Source: Bacteroidia bacterium (GTDB taxonomy: Bacteria; Bacteroidota; Bacteroidia; UKL13-3). Taken from it: a stretch of 64,000 bases of DNA. The notes beneath the pieces were generated by a model. That model did no database searches. It was not told the origin of the DNA and was given only the letters and a program-made list of their open reading frames with translations. Location of the stretch: assembly GCA_044370475.1 (NCBI GenBank), contig JBILVK010000001.1, positions 53,969 to 117,968 on the forward strand, read 5' to 3'. Of this stretch, positions 57,293 to 64,000 are shown piece by piece (within the stretch, counting starts at the first letter, position 1; every line of letters begins with the position of its first letter). The position numbers and the translations under genes are program-made.

Positions 57293-59119
57293 ATGAAAAA
57301 CCATCTACATTCCAGTGTACTGAAATTCGCCTTTATTTGTCTGCTTTGCATAGGCAGCAATATGGCAATGGGCCAAATGGCTGATGAGGAAATTGCAGCG
57401 CAATACCTAGGCAATAAAGAGTTTGATAAATCTGCCGACATGTATGAAAAGCTCTTGAGCAAAAACCATAAATCAGTTTACTTTTACGACAATTTACTCA
57501 AGAGCTATATAGGAGGGAATGATTTTAGCAACGCTCAAAAATTATGTAAGAAGCAGTCAAGGAAATTTGAAACAAATTACTATTTCAAAGTTGACTTAGG
57601 TTATATATATCGATTGCAGAAGGAGGACCAGAAATCGATTAAACTTTTTGAAGAATTGATCAATAATTTACCACCTAACGACAATGATATTTTTGAACTG
57701 GCTAAGGCATTTGAAAAAAGAACTGAGAGAGCCTATGCTGTTCAAACCTATTTGCATGGAAGAAAAATATTGAAAAATGAACTGCTTTTTTGCAATGAAT
57801 TGGGCGGACTTTACAGCGAAATTGGCGACAAACAATATATGATTGAGGAGTATTTGAAAGTACTCATTGTAGACGATTCCTATATGAAGGAAGTGCAAGG
57901 ATTTCTGCAAAATAGCATTGAGACAAAAGAAGAGTTTGAGTGGCTTAAGCAAGCGCTATTGAAGAAAAATAAGCAATACCCCAATCGCAATACCTTTAGT
58001 GAAATGTTGATTTGGTTTCATGTTCAAAAAAACGAATATGAACTGGCTTTGGTTTATGCAAAATCTCTTGATAGGAAAAACAAAGAAGATGGTAGGCGAT
58101 TGATTGAATTAGGTTTTTTTGCGATGGCAAATGAGCGCTACGACGCGGCCATCGATATTTTTAAACAAGTATCGGCGCTTGGTTCAGACAAGACCTACTA
58201 CAACCTAGCCAAAAGCAGTGAATTAGAAGCACGAAGCAAAAAAATTCTATTGGGAAACTATACGGATGCCGACTTAAAAGCGCTTGCATTAGAATATCAA
58301 TTGGTTTTAAAGGAGTTGGGCGAAAATCCCTCAACGGCAACTACCATAAGAAGTTTAGCCAATTTGGAAGCCTATTATTTAAATGATTACCCTAAAGCCA
58401 TTGAGCATTATGAGCAAATAATTTCAATGCCTAGGGTCGACAGGTTTTTACAGGCAAATTGCAAACTTGATTTGGCAGATTTTTATGTGATGAAAGGGGA
58501 AGTTTGGGAGGCAATGCTATTATATGGACAAGTTGATAAGGATTTTTTGCAAGACCCTTTAGCACAAGAAGCAAAATTTAGAAATGCTCGATTAAGCTAT
58601 TATTTAGGTGAATTTGAGTGGGCAAAAGCCCAATTAGATGTTCTAAAAACTGCAACCACCCAACTAATTGCGAATAATGCTTTAGAACTTTCATTGCTTA
58701 TTCAAGATAACTCAGTTGATAGCAACTTGGAGCCCCTAAAATTATATGCAAATGCCGATTTAAATTATGTGCAAAGAAATTTTCAGGCAGCTTTGTCTAT
58801 ACTTGATAGCATAAATGTTTTATATCCAAAGCACGCCCTCTCTGATGAAGTGCTTTATAAAAAAGCTCAAATATTTTATAGTCAAAAAGAGTTTGCATTA
58901 GCTGCAACTTACTACGATAGAATTGCAAGAGAATATGGCTCAGATGTTCTCGGAGACAATGCCTTGTACCAATTGGCAAGAATCTATCAGTTTCAGTTAA
59001 ATAAACCAGAAGACGCCCTAAAAGCTTATGAAAAATTTATCGATACTTATCCTGGAAGTTTCTTTTTAACTGATGTCAGGAAACAATTTAGAATACTTAG
59101 AGGTGACCAATTAAACTAA
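57293..59119 (+). CDS. exported TPR protein (conserved Bacteroidota type)
   Basis: Signal peptide; WEAMLLYGQV, EAKFRNARLSYY.GEFEWA..QLDVLK, YPGS...R..FR.LRGD; start 57254 or 57293. Confidence 0.85.
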   Translation: MKNHLHSSVLKFAFICLLCIGSNMAMGQMADEEIAAQYLGNKEFDKSADMYEKLLSKNHKSVYFYDNLLKSYIGGNDFSNAQKLCKKQSRKFETNYYFKVDLGYIYRLQKEDQKSIKLFEELINNLPPNDNDIFELAKAFEKRTERAYAVQTYLHGRKILKNELLFCNELGGLYSEIGDKQYMIEEYLKVLIVDDSYMKEVQGFLQNSIETKEEFEWLKQALLKKNKQYPNRNTFSEMLIWFHVQKNEYELALVYAKSLDRKNKEDGRRLIELGFFAMANERYDAAIDIFKQVSALGSDKTYYNLAKSSELEARSKKILLGNYTDADLKALALEYQLVLKELGENPSTATTIRSLANLEAYYLNDYPKAIEHYEQIISMPRVDRFLQANCKLDLADFYVMKGEVWEAMLLYGQVDKDFLQDPLAQEAKFRNARLSYYLGEFEWAKAQLDVLKTATTQLIANNALELSLLIQDNSVDSNLEPLKLYANADLNYVQRNFQAALSILDSINVLYPKHALSDEVLYKKAQIFYSQKEFALAATYYDRIAREYGSDVLGDNALYQLARIYQFQLNKPEDALKAYEKFIDTYPGSFFLTDVRKQFRILRGDQLN

Positions 59120-59120
59120 T

Positions 59121-59426
59121 ATGATTATATACAACGTAACAATAAATGTTGACGATAGCATTCACGATGAATGGTTAACTTGGATGAAAACCAAGCATTT
59201 GGCCGATGTACTTAACACAGGAATGTTTTCCGAATATAAAATGTTGAAGTTATTAAGCCGGCAAGAAGACGAAACAGGTACAACCTATGCTATTCAATAC
59301 TTTACCTCATCTCTCGAAAAATACGAACAATATCAGGTAGAATTTGCACCCAAACTCCAATCAGAGGGGCTTTCACTTTTTGGAGGCAAGTTCTCCGCAT
59401 TTAGAACACTATTAGAAGAGCTGTAA
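59121..59426 (+). CDS. DUF4286 family protein
   Basis: MIIYNVT...EWL.WM...H, TYAIQY, F..K..AFRTLLE. Confidence 0.88.
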   Translation: MIIYNVTINVDDSIHDEWLTWMKTKHLADVLNTGMFSEYKMLKLLSRQEDETGTTYAIQYFTSSLEKYEQYQVEFAPKLQSEGLSLFGGKFSAFRTLLEEL

Positions 59427-59631
59427 CAACCATTTAAACTTTTATTTCGCTATTTAGCCCAATTTACAAAGAGGGTAGGTCAAAAATTTGCGCCTGAATA
59501 TCAGCGCTTTACACATTCATAGCTTTTTTATTGCTGCTTAAATTAGTTTTTAAGCCATTTAAATTGATAATTTTGATAGACGATTCAATTTCTACTATTA
59601 ATTGATTTATCAACCTTAAGCAATAAAGACT

Positions 59632-59910
59632 ATGGAAGCCACACATCAACTCCACAAACCCTTTGGAACCCAAATAACCTTTTCGCAGTTAAGTTTAAAG
59701 AACAAGGGGGAAATTGTTTTCTCTAAAACCTTGAAATCCATTTTAGATTTTGCCAAATACAGTTATTTGGCCATGGTGATGATATTGGTATTATTTGCCA
59801 TTGTTGAACTAAAAAACATTTACAACATAGACATTCTGCCAGGCATTGATACACCCATTGACAATGCATATTTTTCTGGCAAAGAACAAGTCATGAACAA
59901 TGTTTTATAA
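59632..59910 (+). CDS. small single-TM hypothetical protein
   Basis: 92 aa, one TM followed by ELKNIYNIDILPGIDTP. Confidence 0.6.
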   Translation: MEATHQLHKPFGTQITFSQLSLKNKGEIVFSKTLKSILDFAKYSYLAMVMILVLFAIVELKNIYNIDILPGIDTPIDNAYFSGKEQVMNNVL

Positions 59911-59928
59911 CATATAATACCATCAACC

Positions 59929-60747
59929 ATGACAACCCTATTTGCAATTATTGCTCAATTGGTGCTAGCCTTTGCAATACTCACTATGGTCTACATTTTA
60001 ATTTCTTACTTTTTAAGGCATAGCTTTTGGAGCAAACAGCCTATAGAGGAAACTAAAAGCTTGCCCGATTTTGAGAGACATATAGCCATCATTTTTGATA
60101 ATTATATTAAAGAAGATCAATTGCTTCTGCAGGTTCAATGGCTTCTAAAACAGGATTACAAAAACTTTTCTGCATACTTTTTTTGTTCAGACCCTATTGT
60201 TGAATTCAATGGATTGCAAAATATTACCATTTTAACCACCCAGCAAATACCAAATGGACAGAGAGACCTATCCCTATTAGTTAAAAAGTACTCACCAAAC
60301 CTTCCTTCCAAAATTGTTTGTGTAAAGAGTAAAACAAATCTTCCATACGACTTTCTTTTCAAACAAAATGAAGCGCTATTTTATGGCAATAACTCCCAAG
60401 CATACATAAATCTCGATACCACTTCCGAAAATTTTACCAAGAGCAGCTTTAAAAAACTCCAGAAATACCTGTCGGCCAAAATGGAAGCAATAAACTCTTT
60501 AATTGAAAATTCAAATAAAAAGGAGGGCTTATCGCTAGTTAAAATCAACTCCAATATCCACTTTGTTTTGGGAATTCTAATTATATTCTCCTTTACATTA
60601 ATAGGAATTAATAGACTCGAATACATGAGCAAATCTATATTTGATTACATTTCACTCACGGGAATAATTGCCAGTGCTATTATTATTATAAATGTAGCCC
60701 TATCAAAGAAGTGGAAAAGATTTGAAAGTCGGAGGCAATTTAGCTAA
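59929..60747 (+). CDS. membrane protein with degenerate GT2-like N-terminal segment
   Basis: TM, then HIAIIFDNYIKED...LLKQDYKNF resembling a GT2 start; no DxD; two C-terminal TMs. Confidence 0.5.
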   Translation: MTTLFAIIAQLVLAFAILTMVYILISYFLRHSFWSKQPIEETKSLPDFERHIAIIFDNYIKEDQLLLQVQWLLKQDYKNFSAYFFCSDPIVEFNGLQNITILTTQQIPNGQRDLSLLVKKYSPNLPSKIVCVKSKTNLPYDFLFKQNEALFYGNNSQAYINLDTTSENFTKSSFKKLQKYLSAKMEAINSLIENSNKKEGLSLVKINSNIHFVLGILIIFSFTLIGINRLEYMSKSIFDYISLTGIIASAIIIINVALSKKWKRFESRRQFS

Positions 60748-62222
60748 ATTTCCTTTCGCAGTCTTGCTACAGGGATATTCATTTGCTCCCTATATTTTGC
60801 AACAGTTCTTCTAGCGATATTGTAACCCTTATCTTTAAGTATCTCCATTAACTTCTCATCAGGTAGTGGCTTAGATTTTTCTTCAGCTTCTATAGCTTCC
60901 TTAAGAATCTTCTTAACCTCTCTGCTACTTACTTCATCTCCATCGTCTGTTTGAATACCCTCACTAAAGAAATACTTCAAAGCAAAAGTACCCCATTCTG
61001 TTTGAACATACTTACTATTTGCAACCCTACTGATGGTAGAAATATCTAGGTGCGTAATTTCTGCAATGTCTTTTAAAATCATTGGCCTTAAGAACGATTC
61101 ATCACCCTCCTGAAAGAACCTATATTGAAATTTCAAAATCGCATTCATGGTTGATAGCAAGGTATGATGCCTTTGCTTGATGCTCTCAATAAACCACCTT
61201 GCGCCATCCAACTTTTGCTTAATAAATTGAGCTGTTTCTTTTTGCTCTCTGGTTGGCGCCTTTGATTCGTCGTAACCCTTTAAAGTTTCTAAGTAATTTT
61301 TACTAATTCTTAAATCTGGAGCATTGCGCGAATTAAGGTGTACAACCAATTTTCCAAGTTCTTCAATTAAAATAAAGTCTGGTGTAATATACTGTGTTGC
61401 CGAATTGTCTATTGCTTCGCCTGGTTTTGGATTTAAGCGTGTAATAACATGAATTACATCCTTTAATTCCTGATCCGATATCTTTAACGACTTAGTTAAT
61501 TTTTCGTAATGCTTCTTGGTAAAATCATCAAAATAATCTGTTAAAATTTGAGTTGCAATTTTTACCGATTTTAGTGTTTGATCTTTCCTCTTTAACTGAA
61601 GTAAAAGACAATCTTGCAAGGAAGTAGCACCTATCCCAGCAGGATCAAGTGTTTGAATCTTATGTAATACCTTGTTTAATTCATCCAGACTGGCCTCAAT
61701 ATTCATGGAAAAAGCCAAATCATTTACAATAGCCTCAAGCGGTCTTCTTAAATACCCATCATCATCTATTGAGCCTATTATCTGATTACCAATGGTCAAT
61801 TCTTTTTCACTATCTGCAATGGCAACAAATTGTTCCATTAACTCTTCATGAAAGGAATGAAACTCAGCTAAAGGTCTCTCCTTTTTCTCTTCATCCCCCT
61901 CGTCGCTCAAATGAAATCCTTCGGGATCATATTCATCATTCACGTAATCTTTTACATCAAAAGATTCATCAGCCAAATAATCATCAACCGTTAAATCCTT
62001 TGGCTCTTCCTCTGTTGTAGTTAATTCGTTTTCTGCAATAGGTGAAGTTTCATCTGGGGCAGCATCAGAATCTGCGGCCTTAAGCAATGCAGGGTTCTCA
62101 ATTAATTCCTGATCAATCCTTTGCAGAATGTCAACAGAGTTTAATTGCAGCAATTTAATAAACTGAATTTGCTGCGGAGAAAGCTTTTGTAACTGACTTT
62201 GTTGTAATCCTTGTTTTAACAT
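60744..62222 (-). CDS. rpoN: RNA polymerase sigma-54 factor
   Basis: QKLSPQQIQ..KLLQL, DPAGIGA, DISTISRV..KY, RpoN box ARRTVAKYRE. Confidence 0.98.
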   Translation of the reverse strand: MLKQGLQQSQLQKLSPQQIQFIKLLQLNSVDILQRIDQELIENPALLKAADSDAAPDETSPIAENELTTTEEEPKDLTVDDYLADESFDVKDYVNDEYDPEGFHLSDEGDEEKKERPLAEFHSFHEELMEQFVAIADSEKELTIGNQIIGSIDDDGYLRRPLEAIVNDLAFSMNIEASLDELNKVLHKIQTLDPAGIGATSLQDCLLLQLKRKDQTLKSVKIATQILTDYFDDFTKKHYEKLTKSLKISDQELKDVIHVITRLNPKPGEAIDNSATQYITPDFILIEELGKLVVHLNSRNAPDLRISKNYLETLKGYDESKAPTREQKETAQFIKQKLDGARWFIESIKQRHHTLLSTMNAILKFQYRFFQEGDESFLRPMILKDIAEITHLDISTISRVANSKYVQTEWGTFALKYFFSEGIQTDDGDEVSSREVKKILKEAIEAEEKSKPLPDEKLMEILKDKGYNIARRTVAKYREQMNIPVARLRKEI

Positions 62223-62278
62223 GATCTAGATGCGAAAATAGTAAAAATTCGCATCGCTAAAAAGAATGTTATGCAAGT

Positions 62279-62794
62279 TTATTCACTCTCCTCATCAATG
62301 GGCTTAAATACGGGTACAATTTCTTCACCTGCACAATTGATTTTCCCTTCCAAACGTTTAATTCTAACTTTAGCTTCACCCTTAATGTTAAAAGCGCCAA
62401 TTTCATCATAAATGAGTGGAGTTATCTCCTCACCTTTATTATTTATAACCCCAAATTGGTTTTTGATTTTTACATAGGCAAGTCCATTTTTAAATGGCCC
62501 AATATAATCGTACTTTATTGGAATTACCTCCTCGTCGCTGATGTTAATGTACCCAAATTTCTTATCAATCATTGCCTTGGCCACCCCATTTACAAAATCG
62601 CCAATAGCATGGTACCGGCACTTAATAAATTCCTCCCCCTGCTGATTGATAAATCCAACTTGGTTTCCAATATAAACTTTGGCCATCCCATTTTTAAAAG
62701 GATCAATCTTATCGTACCCCTTCCCTTTCATACCTAAAAGAGTAGGTAGGATTAGGAATATAAAAACAATTTTGAATATTTTACTCAATATCAA
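62279..62794 (-). CDS. WG-repeat (KWG) protein
   Basis: Repeats of F.NG.AKV....K.G.IN..GEE.IP..YD.I. Confidence 0.85.
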   Translation of the reverse strand: MILSKIFKIVFIFLILPTLLGMKGKGYDKIDPFKNGMAKVYIGNQVGFINQQGEEFIKCRYHAIGDFVNGVAKAMIDKKFGYINISDEEVIPIKYDYIGPFKNGLAYVKIKNQFGVINNKGEEITPLIYDEIGAFNIKGEAKVRIKRLEGKINCAGEEIVPVFKPIDEESE

Positions 62795-62947
62795 ATTATT
62801 ATAAAAACAAATGTAAATAGAAATTCAAACATATACATAATATAATTGTCATATAAAATGATTTAAGCTGTGGATTGTACAATGAATAAGGCAGTAATTG
62901 CATTTTTCCACATAATTACTAACTTGCCAGACTATCAAAACACAGAA

Positions 62948-64000
62948 ATGCAGGTCTACAAATTAATTTTATCAACTATCTTTTTTACCCTAAGCAGTAT
63001 TGCCTTTGCCCAAAATACCAGGAGCAATTGCCCGGTAAAAGAAGAAACATTTAACAGGTTAAATCCAGACGGAAGCTCAATATCGGTAAGGGTTATGGGC
63101 AATGAAATGCTTCAATATTTTGAAACACTAAATGGTCAAACCCTGATAGAAAATCAAGACGGTTATTTAGAATTTGCAAAATTAGACCTGAACCAAAATA
63201 TGGTTGCATCAGGAATTGTTGCCAGGAACAATATTACACCCCAATTGAAGGATATTCCCACCCATTTGAGGTATAGTAGCAATCAAATTGCTATACTTGA
63301 AGCGTCATTTTATCAAATAAATCAAGTAAGTAGGAAAAAAGCTGGCGGCAAACCCTTTCCTTCAACCGGAAAGCGAAAAGCATTAACTTTATTAATTCAA
63401 TATCCTGATTTACCTGCCACCCTGCCAAAATCAAACTTCGACTCGATGATGGTAAAAAAGAATTACAATGGTACCGGATCTTTTAAAGATTACTATTTAA
63501 AAAGCTCTTTTGGACAACTTGAGCTCGAGGTAGATGTTTTTGGTTGGTATACCGCCGAAAGCGGCTATGTAAATTATGGAAAATCTTCGCCTAACTATAA
63601 CTATAATGTAGGAACACTCATTGAGCGCGCTGTTTTAGCTGCTGATTCTGCTGGCGTAGATTTTTCTCAATACGATAACGATAAAGATGGTTATGTAGAT
63701 GGAATCATTATTATGCATGCAGGTATTGGAGCAGAGGAACAAAGTGCACCTAGTGCAAACAATCATATTTGGAGTCATCGATATAACCTTGCCTATTCTG
63801 TGGGAGCTGTTTTGGTTGATGGAGTTTACGTGGATTCTTATGGCATCTTTCCAGAAAAAAGGTACAACGGCGGTGCATACTCTCAAGTTGGAATTGGCGT
63901 TTTAACCCATGAATTTGGTCACCTACTTGATATCCCAGATTTATATTCCACACAAAACCGTGGAGAAGGTGCCGGAAATTTTGCGAATATGGCAGGCGGA
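62948..64000 (+). CDS. M6-family (immune inhibitor A-like) metalloprotease, 5' part; runs off the window and is absent from the ORF track
   Basis: ATG 62948; signal peptide ..IAFAQ; GSFKDYY..SSFG; DFSQYDNDKDGYVD; HAG.GAE; IWSH; THEFGHLLDIPDLY (HExxH at 63908-63922). Confidence 0.93.
   Translation, partial: MQVYKLILSTIFFTLSSIAFAQNTRSNCPVKEETFNRLNPDGSSISVRVMGNEMLQYFETLNGQTLIENQDGYLEFAKLDLNQNMVASGIVARNNITPQLKDIPTHLRYSSNQIAILEASFYQINQVSRKKAGGKPFPSTGKRKALTLLIQYPDLPATLPKSNFDSMMVKKNYNGTGSFKDYYLKSSFGQLELEVDVFGWYTAESGYVNYGKSSPNYNYNVGTLIERAVLAADSAGVDFSQYDNDKDGYVDGIIIMHAGIGAEEQSAPSANNHIWSHRYNLAYSVGAVLVDGVYVDSYGIFPEKRYNGGAYSQVGIGVLTHEFGHLLDIPDLYSTQNRGEGAGNFANMAGG

Noticed and set aside
62279-62794. WG repeats as a possible CRISPR or DNA repeat array
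   Set aside because: Repeats are degenerate and exist at protein level only; no identical repeats with spacers and no cas genes
63635-63953. Three short ORFs in the track at the window end
   Set aside because: They overlap the real M6 protease frame starting at 62948
1-64000. Mobile elements, prophage, defence systems, tRNA/rRNA
   Set aside because: No transposase, integrase, phage or defence motifs and no structural RNA signatures were recognised

Overview
AT-rich, gene-dense chromosomal window from a Bacteroidota genome. The assignment rests on T9SS C-terminal sorting domains, TAnnTTTG-type -7 promoter elements, and the panC/GT5/DUF4270/glmS and flippase/dut/nucleotidyltransferase/TPR/DUF4292/EnvC gene orders. 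It is mostly housekeeping (panC, DAHP synthase, glmS, men genes, uvrA, hflX, dut, rpoN) plus several secreted or surface proteins and two signalling loci. I saw no rRNA, tRNA, CRISPR array, transposase, integrase or phage gene. Two partial genes are missing from the ORF track: a MoxR-type ATPase 3' end (1-78) and an M6 metalloprotease (62948 to the window end). The most notable observations: (i) a Fic-fold/DeoR-HTH protein whose whole Fic catalytic motif is replaced, and which shares a perfect 24-bp palindrome with the convergent DUF2795 gene so both proteins end in EDEL-stop; (ii) a GT2 + methyltransferase + (pseudo-GT2/GT-C/TPR) operon resembling a lipid-linked protein glycosylation system, alongside strong D-(S/T)-hydrophobic sequon enrichment in exported proteins; (iii) a 2757-aa T9SS protein with five sialidase-N-terminal-like modules and two GEVED domains but no catalytic sialidase; (iv) a phytochrome-operon-like phosphorelay with a membrane sensor and candidate sigma54 promoter and enhancer elements. 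All family assignments are by eye from motifs, not from database searches. I cannot claim any of these systems is undescribed.
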